A stretch of 64,000 bases of DNA, from positions 3,025 through 67,024 of the forward strand of contig CAYQCJ010000002.1 of assembly GCA_964416025.1 (NCBI GenBank). Direction: 5' to 3'. The notes beneath the pieces were generated by a model that did no database searches, was not told the origin of the DNA, and worked only from the letters and a program-made list of their open reading frames with translations. This DNA is from an uncultured Staphylococcaceae bacterium. Lineage in GTDB: Bacteria; Bacillota_I; Bacilli_A; RFN20; CAG-826. Position numbers and translations under genes: made by a program. Positions 46,112-56,478 of this stretch are shown piece by piece. Position 1 is the first letter of the stretch. Each line of letters opens with the position of its first letter.

Positions 46112-46816
46112 TTATAAATCAACGTTATGATATACGGCTTGAACGTCTTCGCATTCATCTAATTGTGAAAGAAGTTCCTTAAATCTTGTTAATTCTTCGC
46201 CTTCAAGTGAGATTCTTTCATTAGCAATCTTAGTGACTTGAGCAACTTCGAAATCAGTAATGCCCATACCAGTTAAAATTTCTTTAGCTTTATCAAAGTC
46301 AGAAGGATTAACAACAATTTCAGCAATTCCGTCTTCTAAACTAATTTCCTTAACATCGACATCGCCAAGAATTAAGTTATCTTCTAGATCTGCTTTTTCA
46401 CCACTGTATTCAAAATCTAATAATCCAGCGTTTTCAAAATTGTAGCCAACACTTCCTAAGTGTCCGCCTTTTCTTGTAATGATTGTTCTCACATTAACTA
46501 AAGCTCTATTTGAGTTATCAGTTAAAGTCTCAACAATTAATAAACTTCCGCAAGGTCCAAAAGCTTCATATGTACCTTCGATATAGTTAGTTGCATCTCC
46601 ACCTTGAGCTTTTTTTACGGCTCTATCGATAACATCACGTGGACAAGACTTTCTATACTTTTCAATTGCTGATCTTAAAGCGAGGTTAGCACTAGGGTCA
46701 GGAATTCCTCTTTTTGCGGCCATGTAAATTTCTTTAGAGGCACGCATATAAATTGCACTTTTTTGTTTAGCGGTTGCAGCCATACTGGCGGCACGCACTT
46801 CAAAATGTCTACCCAT
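46112..46816 (-). CDS. YebC/PmpR family DNA-binding regulator
   Basis: A 234-aa protein with family-typical ..AKQKSAIYMRASKEIYMAAKRG..DP..N..LR.AIEK... Confidence 0.8.
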   Translation of the reverse strand: MGRHFEVRAASMAATAKQKSAIYMRASKEIYMAAKRGIPDPSANLALRSAIEKYRKSCPRDVIDRAVKKAQGGDATNYIEGTYEAFGPCGSLLIVETLTDNSNRALVNVRTIITRKGGHLGSVGYNFENAGLLDFEYSGEKADLEDNLILGDVDVKEISLEDGIAEIVVNPSDFDKAKEILTGMGITDFEVAQVTKIANERISLEGEELTRFKELLSQLDECEDVQAVYHNVDL

Positions 46817-46946
46817 AATACTTTTCTCCTTTTATTAAATAATCTTGATTATCTTATACCTTTTTGTGCCACTTTAAAAGCATCTATTAATATATACATC
46901 TAATTTTTTTGCTAAATTGAACGAAATAAAGTCCAAAATAACACTT

Positions 46947-47675
46947 TTAATAAATAACTTTAATTAAATATAAGCCGTGTCCAGGTGCTTGGAAAATAGA
47001 GATATGGCGAGTTTTAGGATCAAGATTTTCAACAATATAATCTTTAGTTAAATTGCCTTTTCCAATCTCAAAAAGAGCCCCCATAATTTTACGAATTTCA
47101 TATCTCATAAAACCATCTCCAATAAAACGAACAACAATTTTTGAAGATGTTCTTTTAATTTGAATATCGAAAATTTCACGAACAAAATCAAATGTATCTG
47201 TCTCTTTAGAAGTGAAATTTTCGAAGTTGTGTTTTCCAATAAATAACTGACTTGCTTCAATCATTTCATCGATATTTGTTAAGCGATTCATATAGCATTC
47301 ATAATTTCTTTTAAGTGGATTATATTCCTTAATATTTATGCGATATTCATAAACTTTTTTCTTGCAATTAAGGCGACTTGAAAAATTTGAAGGCACCTTT
47401 ACAAGGGATTTTACATAAATATCCTTATTTAATACCTTATTTATTTGATATAAAACTTTTTGAGTATCGAGAGTTTCATTGCAAGTAAAATCAGCAACTT
47501 GTGCTAAAGCATGAACTCCTCTATCGGTGCGTCCACTACTTTTTATAATTATTTTTTGATTTAAAATTAAAGAAAAACAACGCTCTAATTCGCCTTGAAT
47601 AGTTACTTCGTTTACTTGTTTAGCAAATCCATAATAGTTACTTCCGTCATATGAAAAAACAATTTTGTATTTCAT
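46947..47675 (-). CDS. truA: tRNA pseudouridine(38-40) synthase
   Basis: MKYKIVFSYDGSNYYGF and GRTDRGVHA catalytic Asp motifs. The start is set at that Met; the track ORF begins 5 codons upstream. Confidence 0.9.
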   Translation of the reverse strand: MKYKIVFSYDGSNYYGFAKQVNEVTIQGELERCFSLILNQKIIIKSSGRTDRGVHALAQVADFTCNETLDTQKVLYQINKVLNKDIYVKSLVKVPSNFSSRLNCKKKVYEYRINIKEYNPLKRNYECYMNRLTNIDEMIEASQLFIGKHNFENFTSKETDTFDFVREIFDIQIKRTSSKIVVRFIGDGFMRYEIRKIMGALFEIGKGNLTKDYIVENLDPKTRHISIFQAPGHGLYLIKVIY

Positions 47676-47676
47676 A

Positions 47677-48612
47677 TTACCAAGCTCCAATTACTCCAAA
47701 CCATTGTTCCATAAAATTAACTTTATAAGCTTGAGAAAGAACGCATAAAGTAATAAATAAAGCGATAACTAATAAGCTGCCAATTAAGCATAATAAATCG
47801 ACAAAATGAAATTGCAAAACTCTGTATTTACTTCTTTTTGCATATGGATCATAACCACGAGCATACATCGCTAAACTTAATTGTTCACTTCTAGCAAAAC
47901 AACTTACTAATAAAGGAACAATTAAAGTAACGATACTTTTAATTTTTGCTGAAATAAACCCACGATCAAATTCAACACCTCTTGAACGTTGTGCTTTCAT
48001 AATTCTTTGCGATTCATCAAGGATTGTTGGAATCATTCTTAAAGCTAAAGAAAGAATCATCGAAACAACTTGTGTTGGGAAATGAAATATTCTTAAAGGA
48101 GTTAAATACCGCTCAAATGCATAGGTTATTTGCATTGGAGGAGTAGTTGTAGTTAAAACCATTGTTAAACCAATCATCAAAATTAAACGAAGGAAAATCT
48201 GAGCACATTGTAGGAATCCATCCCAAAATATGACATATCCGTTGCCGAAATCATACATAACATAGTAGATTCTTGTATCGCCAGTTTTAGGAATAAAAAC
48301 CATGATTATTAATAAGAAAATCATCATAAACCACATGGCACCCATGGATTTAATGAAGCTAAAAATATTCACTCGAGCAAAAGCCATCAAAGCAATAATT
48401 ACAATCGCAACAAGCCCAAGAACAAAAAATTGATTCGAATAGAAACTTGAATTGATTACTTTTCCGCTTTCATCGATATAATTACTGATTCCGTAAGGCA
48501 AAAAACATGCTACCATCAAAACAATCATGATGAAAAGTTTAAGACGAGCATCCATTCTATGCACAAAAGTATTGTAATGAGTTAAGTTACCAAAAAGATT
48601 GTTGCTATTCAT
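47677..48612 (-). CDS. ecfT: ECF transporter transmembrane (T) component
   Basis: A polytopic protein with a conserved ..RSRG.. coupling-helix motif (MKAQRSRGVEF). It follows two EcfA genes. Confidence 0.85.
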   Translation of the reverse strand: MNSNNLFGNLTHYNTFVHRMDARLKLFIMIVLMVACFLPYGISNYIDESGKVINSSFYSNQFFVLGLVAIVIIALMAFARVNIFSFIKSMGAMWFMMIFLLIIMVFIPKTGDTRIYYVMYDFGNGYVIFWDGFLQCAQIFLRLILMIGLTMVLTTTTPPMQITYAFERYLTPLRIFHFPTQVVSMILSLALRMIPTILDESQRIMKAQRSRGVEFDRGFISAKIKSIVTLIVPLLVSCFARSEQLSLAMYARGYDPYAKRSKYRVLQFHFVDLLCLIGSLLVIALFITLCVLSQAYKVNFMEQWFGVIGAW

Positions 48613-49519
48613 GTTTTACTCCATGTTTTTTGCTTCTAACAATCTCATCAACAAGACCATCAACATCCTTAATATTTGCAATATCCCCCGCAAATCCCCC
48701 TTCTTTTAATTCTTTCTTGAATTTATAAAAGGCAGGTTGCTCTAAAGAATAAAGACTTAAGTCGTTTTCATTAAATAATTTATCTGGGGTGGTTTCGTTG
48801 ATAACTTTACCATCATTAAGAACAAAGACTTTATCGGTTCTTTCCATAACTAAATCCATATCATGGGTAACAACAATTATGGTATGGCCTTCTTTATGAT
48901 ATTGTTCGATCATATCGAGAATTTCTTTTTTACCATTTGCATCTAATCCGGCTGTAGGTTCATCAAGAACCAAAACATCTGGTTGACTAGCAATTATTCC
49001 GGCAATTCCAACTCTTCTCTTTTCACCACCACTAAGCTCAAAAGGCGATTTATCAAAATAAGATTCAGGAATTCCGACCTCTTTTAAAGTTTGGCGGCTT
49101 ATTTTTTCAGCTTCTTCATTATTTAAACCAAAGTTTTTTGGTCCAAACATAACATCTTTTAAAATTGTTTCATTAAATAATTGGTATTCAGGAAATTGAA
49201 AAACTAAACCAACAATTTTCTTTAATTTGCCTTGTTTTTTGTTTAATTTCTTAATTTCATTTGATTGAGAATTTAATAAAGATTTCTTAAGTTTTTTATT
49301 TCCAGTTATTATAAAATCTCCAACCTGAGTGTAACCATCAGTTGGTTCTAATAAACCATTAAAAGTTTGAACTAAAGTAGATTTTCCGCTTCCAGTTTTA
49401 CCAACAATCGCCACAAATTCTCCTTGTGTAATCGTTAAAGTGATGCCATTTAGGGCGTCTCTATCGCTTAAATCTATTGGATTGTATTTATATTTGACGT
49501 TATTACAATTTATTTGCAT
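48605..49519 (-). CDS. ecfA2: ECF transporter ATPase A2
   Basis: Walker A GKTGSGKST, signature LSGGEKRR, Walker B VLVLDEPTAGLD. Confidence 0.9.
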   Translation of the reverse strand: MQINCNNVKYKYNPIDLSDRDALNGITLTITQGEFVAIVGKTGSGKSTLVQTFNGLLEPTDGYTQVGDFIITGNKKLKKSLLNSQSNEIKKLNKKQGKLKKIVGLVFQFPEYQLFNETILKDVMFGPKNFGLNNEEAEKISRQTLKEVGIPESYFDKSPFELSGGEKRRVGIAGIIASQPDVLVLDEPTAGLDANGKKEILDMIEQYHKEGHTIIVVTHDMDLVMERTDKVFVLNDGKVINETTPDKLFNENDLSLYSLEQPAFYKFKKELKEGGFAGDIANIKDVDGLVDEIVRSKKHGVKHE

Positions 49520-50337
49520 ATAAATTCACTCAATCCTTTAATAGTTTTTATGTCATCAGGAACAATAATCCCTTTTTCTTTAAGTTTATTTTTAACATTT
49601 AAAACAAAAGGAATACCTAAACCAATTTCATGAAGTCTTTTTTCATCAGCAAAAACAACTGATGGAATTCCATCTTCAACAATTTCACCTTTATTTAAAA
49701 CGATGACTCTATCGCTTAAATAAGCTTCTTCCATGTCGTGAGTAATACTGATAATAGTTAAATCAGGATTCTCAGTTTTCATATCCATAATCAAATTATT
49801 AATATCTTCAACACCTTCTGGATCAAGCATACTTGTGGCTTCATCAAGAATTATAATGTTTAAACCAAGAGATAAAATACCCGCGATTGCGACTCTTTGC
49901 TTTTGTCCGCCACTTAATTCTTGTGGCTCTTTATTCATGTATTCTTCCATTCCAACTTCACTAGCATATTCATGAACTAACTTAATCATTTTGGAACGTT
50001 CAATATTCCTATTTTCTAAACCAAAAGCAATATCGTCTTCTACAGTTGAACCAATAAATTGATTATCAGGATTTTGAAAAACAATACCGATCGTTTCTCT
50101 AATTGCTGAAGCGTTTTTGTCTTCAACTTTTAAACCATCAATATAAATTTCACCACTATTAGCTTCATCAAGATAAGCGATTAATTTGGCTAAAGTAGAT
50201 TTTCCGCTCCCATTATGTCCGATTAAACTTACATATTCGCCTTTATTAACTGAAAAAGAGACATTCTTTAGAATTGGAACGTCCTTTTCATAATTAAAAC
50301 ATAAGTTTTTTACTTCAATCGCTTTTTTTGAGTCCAT
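49510..50337 (-). CDS. ecfA1: ECF transporter ATPase A1
   Basis: Walker A GHNGSGKST, signature LSGGQKQR, Walker B IIILDEATSMLD. Confidence 0.9.
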   Translation of the reverse strand: MDSKKAIEVKNLCFNYEKDVPILKNVSFSVNKGEYVSLIGHNGSGKSTLAKLIAYLDEANSGEIYIDGLKVEDKNASAIRETIGIVFQNPDNQFIGSTVEDDIAFGLENRNIERSKMIKLVHEYASEVGMEEYMNKEPQELSGGQKQRVAIAGILSLGLNIIILDEATSMLDPEGVEDINNLIMDMKTENPDLTIISITHDMEEAYLSDRVIVLNKGEIVEDGIPSVVFADEKRLHEIGLGIPFVLNVKNKLKEKGIIVPDDIKTIKGLSEFICK

Positions 50338-50804
50338 TATTTTAATATAACTTCCTTAATCTCTTCGTGGTATTTTTCTAATTCAACGCCAGCTAAATTT
50401 AGCATTTTTTTGCTAGCTTTAGTATTAATTTCTTCGGCGTATTTATCATCTAAATAGACAATCTTTTTAATTCCAGTTTGAATAATTGCTTTTGCACATT
50501 CGTTACATGGAAATAAAGTGACATATAAAGTGCAACCTTTTAAAGCACTTCCGTTTCTTGTATTTAAAATTGCATTGAATTCAGCATGGCAAACATAGAG
50601 ATATTTACTATCTAATCCCTCGCCTTTATCCCAACTTAAATCTTTATCATCAATATTTCTTGGCATTCCGTTATAGCCGATAGAAACGACTTTATGGTCA
50701 TCATCAACAATACAAGCACCAACTTTAGTGTTTGGATCTTTTGAACGATAAGAACTAAGCGTCGCCAAGGCCATAAAATATTCATTCCAAGTAATTTGTC
50801 TCAT
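50337..50804 (-). CDS. dCMP (deoxycytidylate) deaminase
   Basis: HAEFNAI and PCNECAKAI zinc motifs. The start is set at ATG 50802-50804, which follows GGAGG by 8 nt. Confidence 0.85.
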   Translation of the reverse strand: MRQITWNEYFMALATLSSYRSKDPNTKVGACIVDDDHKVVSIGYNGMPRNIDDKDLSWDKGEGLDSKYLYVCHAEFNAILNTRNGSALKGCTLYVTLFPCNECAKAIIQTGIKKIVYLDDKYAEEINTKASKKMLNLAGVELEKYHEEIKEVILK

Positions 50805-50872
50805 AGTGGTTGCCTCCAATGTCATATATTTTACACTTTTTATTATTCTTAATGAATTATATAATTATAAAT

Positions 50873-51271
50873 ATGAATGTCCTATATTTTTTAACACCAA
50901 AAAGTCAAATTAAGTACATTTCAGATTTTATGAGTGTTCGTCAAGCCCTTGAAGTGTTTGAACATTATCGTTTTACTGTGGTTCCGCTTTTAGATAAAGA
51001 CGGATGCTACGTTGGTTCTTTAGACGAAGGTGACTTATTATTCTTCTTAAAATCACATCCTTTTACAAAACTTGAAGATTTTAATGATGTAAATATTACA
51101 ACAGTTCCTCGTCATAGAGATTATGGCTCAGTTAATGCCTTAACCGACATCAACGAAATAATTGGAGCAAGCATCGATCAAAACTTTGTTCCTGTTATTG
51201 ATGACCAAAAACATTTCATTGGAATTATTACTCGTAAATCTATTATTTCTTATTTGGCAAACAAAAAATAA
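50873..51271 (+). CDS. CBS-domain pair protein
   Basis: Two CBS-like units (..VRQALEVFEHYRFTVVPLLDKDG.. and ..FVPVIDDQKHFIGIITRKSII..). The start is chosen at an internal ATG to avoid the divergent overlap. Confidence 0.65.
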   Translation: MNVLYFLTPKSQIKYISDFMSVRQALEVFEHYRFTVVPLLDKDGCYVGSLDEGDLLFFLKSHPFTKLEDFNDVNITTVPRHRDYGSVNALTDINEIIGASIDQNFVPVIDDQKHFIGIITRKSIISYLANKK

Positions 51272-51293
51272 AGGCCCTTTACAAGGCCTTTTA

Positions 51294-52502
51294 CTAAAAT
51301 ACTACTTTAAAGATATTTTTTACTATGTCTACCATAGCTTTCATTTGCGTTAAAGAAACAAATTCAAAACGTCCGTGTGGATTAAAATCCCCAACACCTA
51401 AATTAGGACATGGTAAACCCATATAAGAGATGGTCGCTCCATCTGTTCCACCTCTAATTGGCATATATTTAAGTTTGGTTTGACTTAAAACATAAGCCTT
51501 ATTTATAACATTTATTGCGGTTGGATCTTTAATAAATAATTTTCTCATGTTCTTATATTCTTCTTTGAATTTTAAAGAAATAAGGGCTTTTGGGTAGCGT
51601 TTTTGAATTTCTTCAGCAGCTTTTTTCATCATTTCAATCTTTTCATTTTGAAGATTTTCATCGTGATCTCTAATAATATATTCAAGTTTAGCGTTTTCAA
51701 CATCGCCACTAAAACTGGTTAAATGAATAAATCCTTCATGACCATCAGTTTTTGCAGGAATCATATCTTGAGGTAAAAGATTATTAAACTCAATTCCAAG
51801 TAAAGCTGCATTAATCATCACGCCTTTTGCACTTCCTGGATGAACTCCTAAACCTCTAATTGTTAAAACAGCACTAGAAGCATTGAAATTTTCACAACTA
51901 GCTTCATAAATTGTTCCACCATCTAAAGTGTAAGCAATGTTTGCATTCATCTTTTTAACATCAAAAAACATAGGTCCTTCACCAATTTCTTCGTCAGGAG
52001 TAAAACCAATAGCTAAATTGTAATTAAATTCATCTAAATGCTTGATGTAATATGCCAAAAACTCAAAAATAATAACGACACCAGCTTTATCATCTCCTCC
52101 AAGAAGATGATTTCCGTCAGTCACCATCAAATCATCACCAATCACTTCTTTCAAAGCGACAAAATCATTAGTATTCATCGAATATTCATCATTCAATCTA
52201 ATAGTTGAACCATCATAATTTTTAATAATTTGTGGATTCTTAATTCCGCCTTCAATTGTGGGAGCAGTATCCATATGAGCAATCAAACCGATTGTTTTTT
52301 CTTTATGATTATTGATATGAGCATAAATATAACCATGCTCATCTTTACTGATATCATCAACTCCTAATTCACGTAAATCCGAAACTAAAATATCGCCAAA
52401 AGCTAACTCACTTTTTGCGCTTGGATGTTCACCACTAGTCTCACTACTCATCGTGTCAAAAGCGATGTATTTTTTAAATCTTTCTACAATATCCATTGCC
52501 AA
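51294..52502 (-). CDS. pepT: peptidase T (M20B tripeptide aminopeptidase)
   Basis: HMDTAP, GGDDKAG and PDEEIG metal-ligand motifs, 402 aa. Confidence 0.85.
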   Translation of the reverse strand: MAMDIVERFKKYIAFDTMSSETSGEHPSAKSELAFGDILVSDLRELGVDDISKDEHGYIYAHINNHKEKTIGLIAHMDTAPTIEGGIKNPQIIKNYDGSTIRLNDEYSMNTNDFVALKEVIGDDLMVTDGNHLLGGDDKAGVVIIFEFLAYYIKHLDEFNYNLAIGFTPDEEIGEGPMFFDVKKMNANIAYTLDGGTIYEASCENFNASSAVLTIRGLGVHPGSAKGVMINAALLGIEFNNLLPQDMIPAKTDGHEGFIHLTSFSGDVENAKLEYIIRDHDENLQNEKIEMMKKAAEEIQKRYPKALISLKFKEEYKNMRKLFIKDPTAINVINKAYVLSQTKLKYMPIRGGTDGATISYMGLPCPNLGVGDFNPHGRFEFVSLTQMKAMVDIVKNIFKVVF

Positions 52503-52508
52503 TCCCCC

Positions 52509-53162
52509 TTATTTTAATCCAAAAGTCATTGCGTAAGTCTTAGTTATGTTATAGCCAACTGGAATTAAATTTTGTTTATTTGTTTGATCAGTTAAGTTTC
52601 CGTACCATCCAGAAGCACTGGTTAAAACAAAAGTTAAATCTTTAAAATCATCATTAGTATAAATGTTCTTTTTTAAATATTCGCCAGCAGCAAGTGATGC
52701 GCCACTAGTGAGCTTAGTGTCTCCATAATATATATCGTATGTTCCACTATAAATATGATTACTAGCATAATCAGCATTAGTAATATCTTTCATTTCAAAA
52801 TTAAAATAAAAATAGAACATAAATACTTTATAACTTGGATTTGAAGCAGCTAAAGCTTGTTGTTGTTCTTTACTAAATGTATAAAAAACACTATCTTTCT
52901 CAGCAGTTTCTAACAATTCGCCATTATCCATTTTTGTCGCATAAGTATCGATTGATTTGCCATTGATATAATTATCAATTAAATTATTATCGTTAAGAAC
53001 CAAATCATATTTATCTTGCATGGCTAAAGGTATAACGAAAAAACAAATTCCAGCAACTATTGCAAGAACACCAACCGAAACAATCGAAATAATCGCGATC
53101 TTCTTTTTGTTCGTTTTTGGTTTATTTGTTTCATCAATTACATTTGTATCTTTTTCTTCCAT
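52509..53162 (-). CDS. N-terminally anchored extracytoplasmic protein, unknown family
   Basis: A charged N-terminus, a single TM helix, then a 160-aa soluble domain. Confidence 0.55.
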   Translation of the reverse strand: MEEKDTNVIDETNKPKTNKKKIAIISIVSVGVLAIVAGICFFVIPLAMQDKYDLVLNDNNLIDNYINGKSIDTYATKMDNGELLETAEKDSVFYTFSKEQQQALAASNPSYKVFMFYFYFNFEMKDITNADYASNHIYSGTYDIYYGDTKLTSGASLAAGEYLKKNIYTNDDFKDLTFVLTSASGWYGNLTDQTNKQNLIPVGYNITKTYAMTFGLK

Positions 53163-53171
53163 AATTTCACC

Positions 53172-54047
53172 TTAATATACTTTATTTAGTATATATTCCA
53201 CATATATCTTTGCAACATTAATTGCTGTAATTCTCTCAAATTCTTTGAAAAAAGCGTTACTATTTACTTCACACAAGATTGGTTCGTTGTTTTCACCAAA
53301 CAAAATATCAATTCCGCAATAATCTAAATCAAGCAATTCACTTGCTTTAATGGCAACATCAATAAATTCTTGAGGAGGATTGAATTTTCTTCCAACTCCG
53401 CCCACTCCAATATTGCTTCTAAAATCATGGGTATTTTCTCTAATCATGCTAGCCACATATTTGTGACCAATCACAATCATTCGGCAATCCTTACCTTCGC
53501 TAGATTTTATAAATTCTTGAACTAAATAAGAACCACTATTAAATCTTTCAATGTAACTTTTGAGTTCATTTTCATCTTTAATCATATAAACATTTTTACC
53601 TAAAGATCCATAACATTCCTTGAAAATAAGGGGGTATTGCAGGGACTTTTGAATAAAATCGAAATATTCATCACTTACCTTTTTGTCTCCAGAATAACAT
53701 AATAATCCCGGAATTGTTTTAGGCATTTTAATTCCTGAATCACTTAAAACTAAATGAGTTAAAAATTTATTATCACAATTCTCGATTGCTAAAGCTAAAT
53801 TAAAAGTTTTGTATCCTAACTTTTCTAAAGACTTTAAAATCAAAACATCTTTATCAAATGAAACTACAAAATCTGCTTCAAGAGGAGCAATTTCAATATT
53901 TTTAGAAATCAAAATATGAAGTTCGTCTGTCTTAATAATTCGAGCTTCAACATCCTTCTTTTTAAATTCTTCTTGCATTCTTTGAGCCTCAAAAAGATAA
54001 GAAGGCAACTTGTTATAAGAATTAACAATAATTAAACACTTTTTCAT
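53172..54047 (-). CDS. RimK-type ATP-grasp ligase
   Basis: The ATP-grasp pattern ..YPLIFKECYGSLGKNVYMI.. ..LVQEFI..S.GKD.R..VIG.. ..CGIDILF...EP..CEVNSN. Confidence 0.65.
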   Translation of the reverse strand: MKKCLIIVNSYNKLPSYLFEAQRMQEEFKKKDVEARIIKTDELHILISKNIEIAPLEADFVVSFDKDVLILKSLEKLGYKTFNLALAIENCDNKFLTHLVLSDSGIKMPKTIPGLLCYSGDKKVSDEYFDFIQKSLQYPLIFKECYGSLGKNVYMIKDENELKSYIERFNSGSYLVQEFIKSSEGKDCRMIVIGHKYVASMIRENTHDFRSNIGVGGVGRKFNPPQEFIDVAIKASELLDLDYCGIDILFGENNEPILCEVNSNAFFKEFERITAINVAKIYVEYILNKVY

Positions 54048-54116
54048 GTTTATAATTTTACCATAAAAATTTAATGTTTTATAAAATAGAACACTTTAAA
54101 GGACTATAATAGGAAT

Positions 54117-54923
54117 ATGTCTACAAAATATATTATCGATACTCACACACATATTGGCTATTGGCCTACATTATCGCAAACCGAAAAAAATTTAGTTGTT
54201 TCTCAAAAGAACCATCACATCAATTTTTCGCTTGTTTCTTTTGATGATAGCGAGTTTCGTGACGAAACCGAATATAAATTAACAAAGCAAGTTGAAGGAA
54301 CTAAAAAAGCAATCACTTTTGCTAAAAAATATAAACATTTTGGAGTTTTAATTTGGATTAGACCTCATAAAGAAAGCAATTGGCAAGATATTGAAAAATT
54401 AATTATCAACAATCGAGATATGATTTATGGAATTAAATTTCATCCTGCTTGTTCAAAACTTAAAATAACCAACAAAAAAGTTACTCCTTATTTAAAGTTA
54501 GCTGAAAAATACGACTTACCAGTTTTGGTTCATACAGCAATGGATCAATATTCAAGCATTATTTATCTTGAAGAAGTGGCTAAAAAATATCCAACTGTTA
54601 AATTTGTTGCGGCTCATATGGAATTATATTCAACAAATCAATTCACAGTTAAAACCATGATGAAAAACCCAAATATTTATTGCGATACAGCCTGGGTTAA
54701 ACCAAGAATATTAAAATATCTTGTAAAGCACGACTTAATGGATCGAATTATGTTTGGTACAGATTCACCAATTGATGGTGAAAACACCTTAGATAACATC
54801 ATTTATCAAAGATATTTTAATAATTGGGCCAAACTTAATAACAATGACTACGCTAAAGTCATGTATAAAAATGCAATGAATGTTTATAAAATTAATGAGG
54901 AAGTTTTGTCAATAAAAGACTAA
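54117..54923 (+). CDS. TIM-barrel metal-dependent amidohydrolase family protein
   Basis: N-terminal IIDTHTHIG plus later VHTA.. and AHM.. His ligands and ..FGTDSP. Confidence 0.6.
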   Translation: MSTKYIIDTHTHIGYWPTLSQTEKNLVVSQKNHHINFSLVSFDDSEFRDETEYKLTKQVEGTKKAITFAKKYKHFGVLIWIRPHKESNWQDIEKLIINNRDMIYGIKFHPACSKLKITNKKVTPYLKLAEKYDLPVLVHTAMDQYSSIIYLEEVAKKYPTVKFVAAHMELYSTNQFTVKTMMKNPNIYCDTAWVKPRILKYLVKHDLMDRIMFGTDSPIDGENTLDNIIYQRYFNNWAKLNNNDYAKVMYKNAMNVYKINEEVLSIKD

Positions 54924-55173
54924 TAAGTCCACAAGTACCGCCACTTTCTCCACAACTACTGCCTTTGGATGATGAGTTGACGTTCATAACAATAACAACG
55001 ATTACAACAATTATTAAAAGCAAGAAAATAGAACCAATGATAATCAATCCGGTTTTGTCTTTTTTTCTTTCATCTTTATTCAATTCATCGAAAGCTTTTT
55101 GAGTATCTGGATTTTCTTCTTCAGTATCTTTTTCTACTTCAATTTCTTTCTTTTCTTCTTTTTCGTCAATCAT
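54892..55173 (-). CDS. small single-TM protein with an acidic/Lys-rich N-terminus and a Ser/Gly/Cys tail
   Basis: A 93-aa ORF. Its 3-prime end overlaps the convergent amidohydrolase gene by 32 nt. Confidence 0.4.
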   Translation of the reverse strand: MIDEKEEKKEIEVEKDTEEENPDTQKAFDELNKDERKKDKTGLIIIGSIFLLLIIVVIVVIVMNVNSSSKGSSCGESGGTCGLISLLLTKLPH

Positions 55174-55177
55174 AAAA

Positions 55178-55981
55178 TCACTCCTTAGACAATTCGCTCT
55201 TTGGAATTAAAGCACCTTTGTATTTAAATTTTAAAGAAACATTAAGACCAATAACAATCACAATTATATCAATAAAACCTAAAATAAAAGAAGTTAATAA
55301 TCGACAACCAAAAATAATTGAGAATAAACTGAAATCATTATTCAAATAAATACAGAAAACAGTAGTCGAAATTGGGACTCTAACAAGGTAGGTTAAAAAG
55401 ATTGCCGTACCAATTGTACCGATATTGTAATATTTCATTACATCCAGCTTTTTAAATTTGCCTTTTAAAACAATAACTAAAACAATATAAAGAGCTGATA
55501 AAGTCCAAGAGAAACAAGTTAATAAAATCTTCACCCAAAGATAGAATTGATATTCATGTCCAAGATAAACAATTGAATCTCTACTGAACATAAAATATGT
55601 TAAGTAAGCTGAGATCATTGCAAGGATTAAACCTAAAACGAAGGGGTATTTACGCTCGATTTTGGTTAAATCGATTAATTTATAGAAGTAATAAGGAAGT
55701 AAGCCACACAAGGCTGCGCTGATTGTAAAAAGAGGATTATAAGCACCACCTTGAGGGAAAATTAAAGCTCCTAAGAAATCTTGTCCAGCACCGATAATAA
55801 GTCCATATAAAGGGCCTAAATAGAACGAGCCAAACATAACAACTGAACTGGTTAAACTTATTTTGATAAAAGGCAAACCAATTGAATATAATGGGATGCT
55901 TAAGAATCGAGATAAAATAACGGCAATAGCTAATAATATCGAACTAAAAGTAATTTTAAATAAAATAGACATTTTTTTCAT
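55178..55981 (-). CDS. ECF-transporter S-component-like membrane protein (folate-family-like)
   Basis: The N-terminal half resembles FolT-type S components (..AIAVILSRFLSIPL....IKISL..). At 267 aa it is longer than usual. Confidence 0.45.
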   Translation of the reverse strand: MKKMSILFKITFSSILLAIAVILSRFLSIPLYSIGLPFIKISLTSSVVMFGSFYLGPLYGLIIGAGQDFLGALIFPQGGAYNPLFTISAALCGLLPYYFYKLIDLTKIERKYPFVLGLILAMISAYLTYFMFSRDSIVYLGHEYQFYLWVKILLTCFSWTLSALYIVLVIVLKGKFKKLDVMKYYNIGTIGTAIFLTYLVRVPISTTVFCIYLNNDFSLFSIIFGCRLLTSFILGFIDIIVIVIGLNVSLKFKYKGALIPKSELSKE

Positions 55982-56449
55982 TTAATCACGCTTTATGGCT
56001 TTGGCCATATTTCTTTCATCATCTCTCTTTTGAATAGTTTCACGCTTATCAAAATTCTTTTTACCTTTGGCTAACGCAATTTCAATCTTACATCTTCCTT
56101 TTTTCAAATAAACTTTAGTAGGAATAACAGTATAACCATCTTTAACAATTTTTTGTTCTAATCTTAAGATTTCGATCTTGTGCATTAATAATTTTCTTGT
56201 TCTAAGCTCTTCGTGATTAAAGATATTACCTTTATCATAAGGAGCAACGTGCATGTTTAAAATAAAAGCTTCGTTGTTTTTGATGACCACATAAGCGTCA
56301 TTAATTGTGCATCCATTATTCTTAATAGATTTAATTTCAGTACCTTTAAGTTCGATACCGCATTCTAAAAAATCACTTAAAAAATAATTGAAAGAAGCCT
56401 TTCGATTAGTTACTAAAATCTTTCTACCTGGTAAATCCTTTTTTTCCAT
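55982..56449 (-). CDS. smpB: SsrA-binding protein
   Basis: ..NRKASFNYFL...ECGIELKGTEIKSI.. and a C-terminal basic tail. Confidence 0.95.
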   Translation of the reverse strand: MEKKDLPGRKILVTNRKASFNYFLSDFLECGIELKGTEIKSIKNNGCTINDAYVVIKNNEAFILNMHVAPYDKGNIFNHEELRTRKLLMHKIEILRLEQKIVKDGYTVIPTKVYLKKGRCKIEIALAKGKKNFDKRETIQKRDDERNMAKAIKRD

Positions 56450-56478
56450 TTATGAAATTATATACTGAGAACGTTAAT

